Part shown: piece after piece, positions 1 through 10,076 of the stretch | Layout: the number at the start of each line of letters is the position of its first letter | Numbering within the stretch: the first letter of the stretch is position 1 | Assembly (NCBI GenBank): GCA_000995065.1 | Contig: LBWX01000001.1 | Location: 159,563 to 223,562 of the forward strand | Direction of reading: 5' to 3' | DNA length: 64,000 bases | Source of the DNA: a candidate division CPR2 bacterium GW2011_GWC2_39_35 | Lineage (GTDB): Bacteria > Patescibacteriota > CPR2 | Notes under the pieces: generated by a model | The model's database searches: none | What the model saw: only the letters and a program-made list of their open reading frames with translations | Told to the model about the DNA's origin: nothing | Translations under genes and position numbers: made by a program

Positions 1-668
1 ATTACCTCGAAGTTGCAAAAGAAGATAGGGAAAAAATGTTTAAAGAAATTAAAAGCTTTATTTCCCAAATCACCGATCAAGACTTCTTAGGTCTTTTAGA
101 AAACTTATTCGAAGATAAAGAATTTGTAGAACTCTTTAAGAAAGCTCCGGCAGCCTGGACGATCCATCACTCCTATGTCGGGGGACTACTGGAACACGTC
201 TTGGATTGCCTACAAATTTCCGATTCTCTTTTAAGACGCTACCCTAAAATAAGAAAAGACATACTATTCACCGGTGCAATTCTTCACGACATCGGTAAAG
301 TTTTTGAACTTAATGTCGATACTACAATTACTCATTCAAACAGGGGAAAGCTTCTCGGTCATATTTATATAGGATGCGAATACCTTACTCAAAAAGCACC
401 CCAGGGTTTTCCAAAGGATAAATTAGACGAACTACTACATATGATTCTAAGCCACCATGGTGAAATAGAGTTCGGGTCGCCAATAAGGCCCAAAACCATT
501 GAGGCCGTTGCTTTATGGATGGCTGATTATTCATCTTTTAAGGTAAATATGGCATATAACTTTATATATGATAGTATAGATAATGACGATCAATCGTTTA
601 CAGGGTATCACCGCTATCTATCAACAGATATGTTTCTTGAGCCTTACCAGGATGCAAAGAATGAATAA
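1..668 (+). CDS. HD-domain phosphohydrolase, YhaM-like 3'-5' exoribonuclease family, 5'-truncated by window edge
   Basis: Frame is open from nt 3 with no upstream stop. HD signature motifs HHSYVGGLLEHVLD and ILHDIGKV, plus SHHGEIEFG. ORF track 36..668. Confidence 0.6.
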   Translation, partial: YLEVAKEDREKMFKEIKSFISQITDQDFLGLLENLFEDKEFVELFKKAPAAWTIHHSYVGGLLEHVLDCLQISDSLLRRYPKIRKDILFTGAILHDIGKVFELNVDTTITHSNRGKLLGHIYIGCEYLTQKAPQGFPKDKLDELLHMILSHHGEIEFGSPIRPKTIEAVALWMADYSSFKVNMAYNFIYDSIDNDDQSFTGYHRYLSTDMFLEPYQDAKNE

Positions 669-960
669 AAATCCAATTAATATCCAAATCCAGCCCGACA
701 AAATTAATGCTGTTTATACAGACGCTTTTAGCATTACCAGGTCTCTTGCAAATTTTACTTTGGATTTAGGACAGCAAGTTCCTCAGTTAAACATGGTAAA
801 CATATTTTCGAGGGTCGCGTTTTCTCCACAGCACGCAAAGCAATTGTCCGGCCTTATAAACGATGCTATAAAAGAATACGAAAAAGAATTTGGCGAAATT
901 AAGATAACTCCAGAAATGAGAGAAGACTTCTTAAAACAAGGGATGGGTTTTAAGCCTTAA
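661..960 (+). CDS. DUF3467-like small protein
   Basis: ATG at 661 overlaps the stop of the upstream gene. The C-terminal motif PQHAKQL...NDAIKEYEKEFGEI resembles the DUF3467 family. The track ORF 583..960 extends upstream in the same frame. Confidence 0.5.
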   Translation: MNKNPINIQIQPDKINAVYTDAFSITRSLANFTLDLGQQVPQLNMVNIFSRVAFSPQHAKQLSGLINDAIKEYEKEFGEIKITPEMREDFLKQGMGFKP

Positions 961-964
961 TTTT

Positions 965-988
965 AGCTTGGAGGGTAGCTTGGAGGGT
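965..988. repeat. tandem duplication of a 12-bp unit agcttggagggt x2 containing an SD-like GGAGG
   Basis: Direct reading of 961-990. Confidence 0.8.
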
Positions 989-2380
989 AAAATTACTTGT
1001 GATAATTGCGGTTCAGCATCTTTTATATTAATAAAAGGTGAGAATTATTGTACCGTTTGCGGTAAAAAAATAGAAGAAACGGCTGGAGATAATAAAGATG
1101 TCAGCTTTGACTCCCTAAATGCTGCCGAACTAATTAATAAAGAGAAAGAGCAAGGAAACAGCTTTGATTTTGCATCCGATAACAATATTTCTGAAATCCC
1201 TCAAACCTTAACCGCCGACGCATCTACGGTTAGCCTTGAATCACTACTTGAAATCATCTCTCCATCTCCCCAAATTAACCAAAGCACAAAGAGCACCGAA
1301 GGCCTGGAACAAAAACATGAAGATCGATTAACTCTTCAAGAAATTAAAAAAGAAATAGAAAACATCGAAAACAGAATTGCATCATCAGAGGAACTTTCGA
1401 AAGAAATTGACGCAGAGACTAAACCATTCGATGAAATCTCCTTATTTTCCAGAAAAATTTTTAAAGATATTAATCGCGAACTAAAAGATGAAAACAAAAA
1501 AGGAAGTCCCAAAAAAGAATTACCGGACAACCTTAAGAAAAACGCTGCAGAGATAATTAATAAACCGGTTCTTTTAAGAGGGGAAAAGGAATTAGAAAAT
1601 TTGGCTCATAATTTTATAGATAAAAGCGTGGTAAATGACAAGCCAATTCCTATGCCTAGCCCACTTTCTGAGAACGAAAAAGAGATAGGAAGTAAAAATA
1701 TCGATGGTGACACAGTTAAAAATCAGGACATTAATCATCATCACCATGTTTCCCAGTGGTTTAAGGCCGCTGAAACAAATCTAAGCATAAAGCCCGCTAA
1801 TAAAATCCCTCAAAAAAGCAAAAAGGAGAAAAAGAAGGGTGTTAGTAGACCCTTCATCATCTCTATTGCGATTATTTTTATTGCTCTTGCTGCCGGAGCA
1901 GCCTACTACTATCTACAAAATAAAGCTTCTCAAAATGAGCAAATTAATTACAATTTTACCGAAGATTTAAATAGTAACGCCAAATTTGTTGTCAATATCC
2001 CTCAATTTATTCCCGAAGGCTTTAAGCCTAGAAGCAGTAATATTACCGAGGGAAAAGTCGAGCTTCATTATTATTACGTACCAGAATTTAAAAACGAAAC
2101 ATATGATGTGATATATACTCAAGAAGTTGCCTCTTTAACTGCGGAAAAGTTTTCGAGCGAGATCAAAGAAAATGAAGATTGGAAATCCTTAACCGAAAAC
2201 GATACCGAATACTTTATAATGGGAAATAAGATAAGATGGATGTCTGACAAATTTAAGTACACCATCGATGGTCCAAATCTTTCCGAAGAGATGCTTTTCC
2301 AGATAGCTCTTTCGACAGCAGAGAGCGAATCTAAACCAAGCGAGATAACTCCCATCCCGGAAGAAAAATCAGCTCAATAA
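968..2380 (+). CDS. hypothetical membrane-anchored protein with N-terminal C4 zinc-ribbon (CDNCG...CTVCG), long acidic/low-complexity linker, one TM helix and a C-terminal globular domain
   Basis: 470-aa ORF. Non-ATG (TTG) start at 968 inside the tandem repeat. TM segment FIISIAIIFIALAAGAAYYY. Confidence 0.45.
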   Translation: MEGSLEGKITCDNCGSASFILIKGENYCTVCGKKIEETAGDNKDVSFDSLNAAELINKEKEQGNSFDFASDNNISEIPQTLTADASTVSLESLLEIISPSPQINQSTKSTEGLEQKHEDRLTLQEIKKEIENIENRIASSEELSKEIDAETKPFDEISLFSRKIFKDINRELKDENKKGSPKKELPDNLKKNAAEIINKPVLLRGEKELENLAHNFIDKSVVNDKPIPMPSPLSENEKEIGSKNIDGDTVKNQDINHHHHVSQWFKAAETNLSIKPANKIPQKSKKEKKKGVSRPFIISIAIIFIALAAGAAYYYLQNKASQNEQINYNFTEDLNSNAKFVVNIPQFIPEGFKPRSSNITEGKVELHYYYVPEFKNETYDVIYTQEVASLTAEKFSSEIKENEDWKSLTENDTEYFIMGNKIRWMSDKFKYTIDGPNLSEEMLFQIALSTAESESKPSEITPIPEEKSAQ

Positions 2381-2450
2381 TCATTTACGTACTAAAATTT
2401 CCTTTTTTTATGACTTTATGTTATTGTCATAAAAATAAACGAGGTGATTT

Positions 2451-2804
2451 ATGGTAGATGAAAAATGGTTTGATCTTCTAGACCTGATTGATGAAAAATT
2501 TGGTATCGACAAAAAAGAAAATGAGAATTTTACTTTTAAAGACGACGTTGGTAACGAGTTTAAGGGCACCATAAACAGAGTTTATTTTGATTCGCCATTT
2601 GGAAACATTAAGCTAGAAAGAACCAATAGACCCCTCATCCTTGATAAAAAAATTCATTATAATAGAACGTCCGGCACCGGAGCAAAGGTGGAATATCAGA
2701 CATCAGAGACCGAAACAACAAACAAGGTAACCGCTTATAAAGAAAATTCTGATACCGGAGAATGGGAAGAAGTAACTTTGCCCGCCGGCAATATTTCTTT
2801 TTAA
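2451..2804 (+). CDS. hypothetical protein
   Basis: 117-aa ORF in a co-directional gene string, tightly followed by the next ORF. Confidence 0.35.
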   Translation: MVDEKWFDLLDLIDEKFGIDKKENENFTFKDDVGNEFKGTINRVYFDSPFGNIKLERTNRPLILDKKIHYNRTSGTGAKVEYQTSETETTNKVTAYKENSDTGEWEEVTLPAGNISF

Positions 2805-3332
2805 ATGAAAATCGTTTATACAATTGTTGCTTTATTTACTGTAATTCTAGTCACTCTAGGAATTTTTGTTTTTTTTAAGGTCTCAAAAAACATTAAAAAC
2901 GAGGTTTTGATAAACGAACGAAGGGTTAATCTACCATTTGTCACAAAGCCAGGGGCCGATATCAACAAAGATATGGGATTTACGATGACTTTTACGGATG
3001 AAGAATTAGAAAAACAAATTGCACAAAATAGCAAAGGCGTTCTTCAAAACCCTAAAGTGTCGATTAGCTCTAGCGATATTACCCTCCGGGCCGAAGGAAA
3101 AAAAATAATCCCCTATAGCTTTGAGACCATAATTGTACCGGAAGTAAGGAACGAAAAAATCGATTTAAAGATTTCGGAAATTAAGATTTTCGGCCTCCCC
3201 GGAAACGTTATCAAAAAGGAGATAGAAAACATTTTAAATAAAGAAGTCTCCACAAAAATTAATGAGAATGCTAAGATAAAGAATATAGAATTAAAACCTA
3301 GTAAGTTACTCGTAAAGGGAGAAATGTTATGA
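2805..3332 (+). CDS. hypothetical protein with N-terminal TM anchor
   Basis: 175-aa ORF. N-terminal hydrophobic helix. Its stop overlaps the start of the next gene. Confidence 0.4.
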   Translation: MKIVYTIVALFTVILVTLGIFVFFKVSKNIKNEVLINERRVNLPFVTKPGADINKDMGFTMTFTDEELEKQIAQNSKGVLQNPKVSISSSDITLRAEGKKIIPYSFETIIVPEVRNEKIDLKISEIKIFGLPGNVIKKEIENILNKEVSTKINENAKIKNIELKPSKLLVKGEML

Positions 3333-3871
3333 AAAACCCAGCACAGAGAGTCGGAGTATTTATAGATGTCCAAAATCTTTATTATTCTGCAAAAGCGCTT
3401 TACGGCGCAAAAGTTAACTTCGGCGAAATTTTAAAAACTGCCGTTGCCGACAGACAACTCGTTAGGGCCATCGCCTATACTATTAAAGCGCAGATGCCGG
3501 AAGAGCAAAACTTTTTTGATGCTTTAACCAATATGGGAATCGAAGTTAAATCTAAAGAGCTTCAGGTATTTGTGTCCGGAGTTAAAAAAGGGGATTGGGA
3601 TGTTGGCATCGCTGTTGATATCCTTAAGATGGCACCAAAGCTAGATGCTATTATCTTATGCTCCGGCGATGGCGATTTCGAAATGCTCTTAGCTCACGCT
3701 AAGGCAGAGGGTGTCAGAGCCGAAGTTATTTCTTTTGGGCGCAGCACATCAGGAAGATTATTAGAAGAAGTTGATGATTTTGTCGATCTCGATCAGGACC
3801 CGGAAAGATTTTTAATCAAAGGCAGAACCGCACCAAAAACAAGTCAGAAGAAAAAGAGGCTATTTGGATAA
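3329..3871 (+). CDS. NYN / LabA-like domain protein (predicted RNase fold)
   Basis: VGVFIDVQNLYYSA ... ILCSGDGDFEMLL pattern typical of NYN/LabA (DUF88) proteins. Confidence 0.6.
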   Translation: MKNPAQRVGVFIDVQNLYYSAKALYGAKVNFGEILKTAVADRQLVRAIAYTIKAQMPEEQNFFDALTNMGIEVKSKELQVFVSGVKKGDWDVGIAVDILKMAPKLDAIILCSGDGDFEMLLAHAKAEGVRAEVISFGRSTSGRLLEEVDDFVDLDQDPERFLIKGRTAPKTSQKKKRLFG

Positions 3872-6621
3872 TGTCTTACTTAAAACCCATTGACGAGGTA
3901 TTAAAGGAATACAAAACAACCGAAGCCGGGCTCTCTAGCAATGAGGCCAGAAACCGCTTAATTAAATTTGGTCCGAATAAAATCGAAAACAAAAAGAAAC
4001 ATTCAGCACTAAAAAACTTTTTCTTGCAGTTTGTGGATTTCTTGGCCGTCATGCTTCTTATTGCAAGTACTTTGAGCTTTATATTAGGATCCTTAATAGA
4101 TGGGTTTGTAATTTTGGGTATCGTTATTCTAAACGCCACTATCTCATTTTTCCAAGAGTACAAAGCCGAAAAGGCAATTGAGGCATTGCAGAGGATGGTA
4201 CCTCAAAAAACCACCATTATTCGAAATAATTCCGAAGATATCATTGATGTTTCAGAGCTTGTTCCCGGAGACATCGTCGTTTTAGAGGAAGGGGGCAAAA
4301 TTCCGGCCGACATAAGGTTAATTGCCGCCAACAACCTTTACACAAACGATTTTGCCTTGACCGGCGAATCAGAGCCACAGGAAAAATTTGCCGGAGTAGA
4401 AAAGAGACCAAATCTCTCGATTACCGATATTAATAATATGGTATTTATGGGGATGAGTGTTTCTACCGGCAATGCTATTGGAGTAGTAGTTGGCGCCGGA
4501 ATGAATACCGAGTTTGGAAAAATCGCCAGCTTTACCACCGAAACCAAAAAAGAGTTAAGTCCTCTACAGCTAGAAATAATCAATATCGGCAAAATCGTGA
4601 GCCGACTTGTCTTTATTTTAGCTGTCGTTTTAGGAATCATTGGATTCTTTCTCGGATACGGACTACTAGAAAACATAAAGTTTACTATCGGGGTCGCAGC
4701 AGCCTTAGTTCCGGAAGGCCTACCAGCCACTATTTCCGTCGCCCTCGCCATTGCCGTTCAGAAAATGGCAAAAAGAAAAGCCATTATAAAGAAATTATCC
4801 GCGGTCGAAACCATGGGATGCATCAATGTAATTGCCACTGACAAAACTGGCACCTTAACAAAAAATGAGATGACCGTCAAAGATATTTACGCTCTCGGAA
4901 TGGATATTCACGTAAAGGGCGTAGGCTACCAGACGAACGGCAAATTTTTAGCGGGTGATAAAGAACTATCGGCTAAGGAGTTAGAAAAGTTAGACCTATT
5001 TTTTAAAGCTTGCGTTCTTTGCAATAATGCCCACCTAAAACATCACAAAGATAAAAAAGAGATAATTGGGGACCAAACCGAAGGCTCTCTTCTAGTACTT
5101 GCCGAGAAGGCCGGCATCAAAAAAGAGCCCTACGCCGTTAAATACAAAGAAATTTCAGAAATTGCCTTTACCTCCGAAAGAAAGAAGATGTCCACCGTCA
5201 ATCTTATAGATGGTAAAGCTCACGTTTTCTCAAAAGGCGCTCCCATCGAGGTTCTTTCTATTTGTAAGAAGGTTTTAATTGATGGCAAGGAACAAAACTT
5301 AACAGAAAACCTAAGAGAAGAAATTATAAACAAAAATAATGAATATGCCTCGAACGCCATGAGGGTCTTGGGCCTTGCCTATAAACCCATAGACATAAAG
5401 GATGAATATACCGAAAAAGAAGTGGAAAGCGATTTAATCTTCTTAGGACTTGCTGCCATCATCGATCCTCCGAGGGAAGAGGTAAAATTGGCTATAAATT
5501 TAGCTAAATCGGCCGGTATTAAGGTTTTTATGGTAACAGGTGATTATTCCCTTACAGGCCAAGCTATTGCCTTAAGAATCGGCCTTGGTGATAATTTAAA
5601 AGTCATAACCGGAACAGAACTTAATCATTTATCTGATAAAGAGCTATCCGAGATCTTAAAAATAAACGAATCGGCCATTTTTTCCCGCGTTGCTCCCGAA
5701 CATAAAATGCGAATTACCAAAATCTTGCAAAAAAATGGCCAAATTGTGGCTGTTACCGGAGACGGCGTTAATGATGCGCCTGCTCTTAAAAAAGCCAATG
5801 TTGGCGTGGCAATGGGAATTACCGGCACAGATGTTTCTAAAGAAGCGGCCGAAGTGATACTAACTGATGATAGCTTTGCTTCTATTATCTCGGCCATAAA
5901 AGAGGGCCGCATCATCTACGACAATATGAAAAAATTCATCAGGTACGTCTTCTCCTCGAACTTCGCTGAGTTAATTACCATTATTCTAGGCATCCCACTT
6001 GGCATTTCACCTTTATCGGCCATCCAAATTTTTGCAATCGATTTGGGCTCCGATATTGCACCTTCTTTAGCTTTAGCCGTTGACCCGGAAGACCCCGAGA
6101 TTATGTCTAGACAACCACGCAATCAGAAGCAAAAGATTTTTAACAAAGTAATGATTAGAGATCTAGTAATCGTAGGTTTTTTTGCTGCCTTCTTTGCTGT
6201 CCTCTCATTTATCTTTGTTATGGTAAACGGCGGTTGGCAATGGGGCGAAAGAATGACATCCAATGACTTTCTATATCGCCAGGGAAACGCCGCCACCGTC
6301 GCTGGCATTGCCTTAAGCCAAATAATCGTAACTTTCTATTGTCGAGCACCACATCTCTCTATAGTCAAAAGCTTTGGCCAGAATAAACGACTTGTGTACG
6401 CCAACTTATTTTCCGCTTTTTTACTCTTAAACGTAATTTACAATCCTTTGTTTAACAAAATGTATTCTACGGGACCACTAGAGCTAATTCATTGGCTGGT
6501 AATTCTATCTGGCATCTCGATTTTTGCACTCATGCTTGAGGGTTACAAAATCATCACTAGACCCAAAACTCCTACCCCCATAAACGATAAGGAGCCAGAG
6601 CTTCAACCAACTGCTAATTGA
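3871..6621 (+). CDS. P-type cation-transporting ATPase (type IIA, Ca2+/Mg2+-like)
   Basis: DKTGTLT phosphorylation motif, TGDGVNDAPAL hinge motif, TGES, ~10 TM segments, 916 aa. Confidence 0.85.
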   Translation: MSYLKPIDEVLKEYKTTEAGLSSNEARNRLIKFGPNKIENKKKHSALKNFFLQFVDFLAVMLLIASTLSFILGSLIDGFVILGIVILNATISFFQEYKAEKAIEALQRMVPQKTTIIRNNSEDIIDVSELVPGDIVVLEEGGKIPADIRLIAANNLYTNDFALTGESEPQEKFAGVEKRPNLSITDINNMVFMGMSVSTGNAIGVVVGAGMNTEFGKIASFTTETKKELSPLQLEIINIGKIVSRLVFILAVVLGIIGFFLGYGLLENIKFTIGVAAALVPEGLPATISVALAIAVQKMAKRKAIIKKLSAVETMGCINVIATDKTGTLTKNEMTVKDIYALGMDIHVKGVGYQTNGKFLAGDKELSAKELEKLDLFFKACVLCNNAHLKHHKDKKEIIGDQTEGSLLVLAEKAGIKKEPYAVKYKEISEIAFTSERKKMSTVNLIDGKAHVFSKGAPIEVLSICKKVLIDGKEQNLTENLREEIINKNNEYASNAMRVLGLAYKPIDIKDEYTEKEVESDLIFLGLAAIIDPPREEVKLAINLAKSAGIKVFMVTGDYSLTGQAIALRIGLGDNLKVITGTELNHLSDKELSEILKINESAIFSRVAPEHKMRITKILQKNGQIVAVTGDGVNDAPALKKANVGVAMGITGTDVSKEAAEVILTDDSFASIISAIKEGRIIYDNMKKFIRYVFSSNFAELITIILGIPLGISPLSAIQIFAIDLGSDIAPSLALAVDPEDPEIMSRQPRNQKQKIFNKVMIRDLVIVGFFAAFFAVLSFIFVMVNGGWQWGERMTSNDFLYRQGNAATVAGIALSQIIVTFYCRAPHLSIVKSFGQNKRLVYANLFSAFLLLNVIYNPLFNKMYSTGPLELIHWLVILSGISIFALMLEGYKIITRPKTPTPINDKEPELQPTAN

Positions 6622-6668
6622 CAAAACCCTTTCATAGAAGTAAAATTAAGCGTGTTTAAGAGGTTTTT

Positions 6669-8150
6669 ATGAATAACATAAGATTAAGATTCCCCCCATC
6701 TCCTACGGGAAAGTTCCATATCGGAAGCGCGAGAACCGCCCTTTTTAGTTATTTGTATGCCAGAAAAATGGGCGGCACGTTTGTTTTAAGATTAGAGGAC
6801 ACCGACCAATCAAGGTCCACCAAGGAATTTGAAGAGAACATAATGGAAGGAATGGAGTGGTTGGGACTCAATTGGGACGAAGGGCCAATTCCCGGCACCA
6901 ATAAGTACAAAGGTGATTTTGCTCCATATAGGCAAATAGAGAGATTTCGAGAAGGATTATACCAGCCTTATATCGATAAGCTATTTAAAGAAGACAGGGC
7001 TTATTATTGCTACTGCACCCCGGAAGAGCTGGAAGAAGAAAAGAAAGCTCAAGCCGAGAAAAAAGAAGCCCCTAAATACACCGGAAAATGCCGCGAATGC
7101 TCTAAGGAAAAAATCGAACAGTACGAAAAAGAGGGGAGAAGCAAGGTTGTACGGCTTAGATTGAATCCTGAAATTATTAAATACAAAGATATAATAAAAG
7201 GAGACATCGAATTTGACATGGCTTTATATGGCGATCCCGTCATCGTAAGGTCCGACGGTATGCCACTCTATAATTTTGTGGTCGTCGTTGACGACCTCAC
7301 CATGAAAATCACCCATGTTATAAGGGGGGAAGACCACATTTCTAATACGCCGATTCAAATTGCAATTTACAAAGCTTTGGGAGCCGGGGTACCCGAATTT
7401 GGTCATTTGCCTCTAACCTTAACACCCGACAAAAAGAAGATGAGTAAGCGTTTTGGTGATATTTCTATCGATAAGTACAAAAAAGAGGGCTACCTAAAAG
7501 AAGCCTTAATCAACTTTGCCGCCCTTCTCGGCTGGTCCTCCGGTACTGAACAAGAAATTTATTCAAAAGAAGAACTTGAAAAAGTCTTTAGCCTAGCTAG
7601 AGTCCAAAAGTCAAATGCGATATTTGATGTCGAAAGATTAAACTGGCTAAACGGTGTATGGATCAGAAAACTCTCCTTAGACAGAATTACCGCCGAATGC
7701 ATACCATATCTAAAAGAAGCCAAGCTGATTAATGACGATTTTGATAGAATTTACGTCGAAAAAGTAATCTCTCTAGTTAAAGAACGCTTAAAAATATTAT
7801 CAGAAGTAATTGATTTAACCGCATACTTTTTTAAAGATTTGGTTTTAAATCCAGAAAAATTAGTTTTTAGAAAGAGTACCATCGAAACCACTAAACAAGG
7901 GCTGGAAGATGTCATCATTCTCTTTGAAGATACTCCAATGTCTAAATGGCCGCTAAACGTGGATGAAATGAACAACCTCATGAATGAGGCCAAAAATATG
8001 CATAATTTATCAAATGGCGATGTTTTTTGGCCGGTAAGATATGCCTTATCTTTTTCCGAAGCCTCCCCAAGCCCCGCCGAGCTCTTAACGGTCCTGCCAA
8101 AAGAAGTGTCCTTAAAAAGACTTAAAGCCGCTTTAAAATCATTAAGTTGA
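6669..8150 (+). CDS. gltX: glutamate--tRNA ligase
   Basis: Class I HIGH-type motif HIGSARTALF, KMSKR motif, Cys-rich zinc-binding insertion, 493 aa. Confidence 0.9.
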   Translation: MNNIRLRFPPSPTGKFHIGSARTALFSYLYARKMGGTFVLRLEDTDQSRSTKEFEENIMEGMEWLGLNWDEGPIPGTNKYKGDFAPYRQIERFREGLYQPYIDKLFKEDRAYYCYCTPEELEEEKKAQAEKKEAPKYTGKCRECSKEKIEQYEKEGRSKVVRLRLNPEIIKYKDIIKGDIEFDMALYGDPVIVRSDGMPLYNFVVVVDDLTMKITHVIRGEDHISNTPIQIAIYKALGAGVPEFGHLPLTLTPDKKKMSKRFGDISIDKYKKEGYLKEALINFAALLGWSSGTEQEIYSKEELEKVFSLARVQKSNAIFDVERLNWLNGVWIRKLSLDRITAECIPYLKEAKLINDDFDRIYVEKVISLVKERLKILSEVIDLTAYFFKDLVLNPEKLVFRKSTIETTKQGLEDVIILFEDTPMSKWPLNVDEMNNLMNEAKNMHNLSNGDVFWPVRYALSFSEASPSPAELLTVLPKEVSLKRLKAALKSLS

Positions 8151-8249
8151 TGTAATGCACGAGGGTCATTCCCTTCAGAGGGTGCGACCCTTTCAAGGTT
8201 AATTAAAAGATAATCTTCATAACTCTTTTCGTTGCTTTCTTTTCTTGAA

Positions 8250-8285
8250 AAAATACTAATTTATGCTAAACTAAATTAGTATTTT
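8250..8285. repeat. perfect 14-bp AT-rich inverted repeat aaaatactaattta / taaattagtatttt with an 8-nt spacer
   Basis: Direct reading. Sits ~30 bp upstream of tRNA-Gln. Confidence 0.7.
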
Positions 8286-9900
8286 AAAGTTGTTTACTGT
8301 TTCCTGCTACCTGATTATGGGGAGTCGCCAAGCGGTAAGGCACTGGGTTCTGGTCCCAGCATTCGGGGGTTCGAATCCCTCCTCCCCAGCCAAAGGGGAC
8401 GCACCCCGGCTGAAAGTCGATAATTATGCAATAGAAAGGCGAAATCTCGGAGTTCGAATAACGTTCATCTTGCCATACCAGTCCGGATGGAAATATCGAA
8501 CTCAAGAGAATTCGTGTTTGATCCAGGTTGGAATTAGCAAAGGTCTGTGACAAGTTTTCGAACTTACTTCTTATAAAGTTAGTTATATCTTCAAGATTAT
8601 ATTTACCAATAAGCTCATCATTTTTAGTTACTTGAATATCTTTTATTTTCTCTTCTAACACCTTATTCTGCTCTTTAAACATCTCGTCGGAATAAACACC
8701 CGATAGATTCTTTTGTATAAGCGCTTGGCGTGTCCCATACAGCTTCTTTAACTCAATATCGGCATCCTCTCGTCTCTTTTGCAGCGTTGAGATCCTCTGA
8801 TAATACGTTTTCTTCAGAAAGGTATTAAATAGCTCTAAAGTCTCAACAGTGGGAGTTATTTGGGCTAAATAATCCATCGTTGCTAGATTTAGTTCGTCTA
8901 CAGAAAAAGACTTGCTACAGCGATTAGGGCAAAAATAATATGCATAGCGCTTTGTCTTGCCTTGAGTCCAGGCGCCCGTAAGGGGACTATCACAATGCTT
9001 GCATCTTACAATGCGTCTAAGAGGGAAGTCTGGATTGTCCTGATTCCTTCTCATAATCGGCGTAGAAATATTAGTATTCCGACCATCCAGGATAGCCTGG
9101 ACTTTGTAAAATAATTCCTCGGTGATCATGGCCGGATGTTGACCCTCAACTTCTTGGCCGTACTTTTTAGAAATAACTTTACCAGTATAGAACTTGTTAT
9201 GGAAAAGCCTGTTGATTGTTTGCGGCCTTATGGGTCCGCCTTTTTGTCTCTGAGTAACTCCTTGCTTGGTTAGGATATCCGCTATTTCCCTTAATGTTTT
9301 TGTGCCGGTAGCCACTAAATCCCAGGCTTCTTTTATCTTGTCAGAAGTTGCCGGATCTTTTATTGCATAGCCGTTTTGATTAATATACCCAAGCGGTACA
9401 TATGCTGCGAGTCCGGCCTGAAACCTTGCTCTAAGACCATTCCGGCTTCGTTCACCTCTAACATCATTATCCATTTGAGCAAACCCGGCCAGCATTGTTT
9501 CCACAAATTTCTCTGTGGGGCTATTACCTGTTGGTTCAGTTGCTGAAACTAATTTAATATCACATTCAGTCAGTTTTCTTCTTATTACTAAATAATCTGC
9601 CGTTTCCCTGGAAATGCGATCAAGACGATACACAATGACGGCTGCAATTTCTCTTTTTTGCTTCCTACAAAACTCTAGCATTTCAATGAGAGTCGGGCGG
9701 CCATTGATGGTTTTTGCTGACCGTCCTTCTTCTTTAAAAACCTGCAAAACATCAAAGCCTCTGTTTCTGGCATCTTTCCTGCATATGTCTTCTTGTGTAC
9801 CTAACGAATAATTCTCAACCTGGTCCTCACTTGATACCCGAACATAAATTACTGCCTTCTCAGGTCTTAATGCGGTTTTTCCAAAGTTTATTTGGCTCAT
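8284..9900 (-). CDS. large serine recombinase (resolvase N-domain + recombinase domain + zinc-ribbon/coiled-coil)
   Basis: N-terminal AVIYVRVSSEDQ catalytic-Ser motif. Recombinase domain and CxxC...C region. 538-aa ORF. The last ~45 codons run antisense through tRNA-Gln and the 24-bp repeat, so the true C-terminus is uncertain. Confidence 0.8.
   Translation of the reverse strand: MSQINFGKTALRPEKAVIYVRVSSEDQVENYSLGTQEDICRKDARNRGFDVLQVFKEEGRSAKTINGRPTLIEMLEFCRKQKREIAAVIVYRLDRISRETADYLVIRRKLTECDIKLVSATEPTGNSPTEKFVETMLAGFAQMDNDVRGERSRNGLRARFQAGLAAYVPLGYINQNGYAIKDPATSDKIKEAWDLVATGTKTLREIADILTKQGVTQRQKGGPIRPQTINRLFHNKFYTGKVISKKYGQEVEGQHPAMITEELFYKVQAILDGRNTNISTPIMRRNQDNPDFPLRRIVRCKHCDSPLTGAWTQGKTKRYAYYFCPNRCSKSFSVDELNLATMDYLAQITPTVETLELFNTFLKKTYYQRISTLQKRREDADIELKKLYGTRQALIQKNLSGVYSDEMFKEQNKVLEEKIKDIQVTKNDELIGKYNLEDITNFIRSKFENLSQTFANSNLDQTRILLSSIFPSGLVWQDERYSNSEISPFYCIIIDFQPGCVPFGWGGGIRTPECWDQNPVPYRLATPHNQVAGNSKQL
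8318..8392 (+). tRNA. tRNA-Gln (anticodon CTG)
   Basis: Manual cloverleaf fold. Acceptor UGGGGAG/CUCCCCA with U1:A72 as in bacterial tRNA-Gln. D-stem GCC/GGC. Anticodon stem CUGGG/CCCAG with loop UUCUGGU. T-arm GGGGG-UUCGAAU-CCCUC. Discriminator G. Encoded CCA. Confidence 0.8.
8392..8415. repeat. 24-bp direct repeat copy 1 (aaaggggacgcaccccggctgaaa), candidate att core
   Basis: Identical 24-mer at 19809-19832. Copy 1 begins at the last A of the tRNA-Gln CCA. Contains the GGGG-ACGCA-CCCC hairpin. Confidence 0.8.
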
Positions 9901-10048
9901 TTAACCCTCCCTTATTAGCTCCTTCAATGTTTTATTATTAAAAACCTGTCTTTCATATTCATTAAGCCAACATTCCAAGAGGTATTGAAATTCAGTAAGA
10001 AAGGAATCAAGATCTTCATCTGATAGCATACTAACGGCTTCTCCCATG
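9901..10048 (-). pseudogene. 3' remnant (49 codons) of a gene split by the IS481-like insertion; stop overlaps the recombinase ATG (TAAATG)
   Basis: Reading minus-strand 11139-11604 and 9901-10076 across one copy of the 12-bp duplication restores a continuous ~210-codon frame. Confidence 0.45.
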
Positions 10049-10076
10049 ATTGTCCGAGCCTTTTGAATCCGATTAT

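Noticed and set aside
1336-7993. Numerous antisense ORFs (60-137 aa) inside the P-type ATPase, gltX and other long genes
   Set aside because: They are embedded antisense in strongly supported genes and lack start or SD context.
8290-8550. 86-aa plus-strand ORF in the track
   Set aside because: It is the translation of tRNA-Gln plus the 24-bp repeat; it is not a protein gene.
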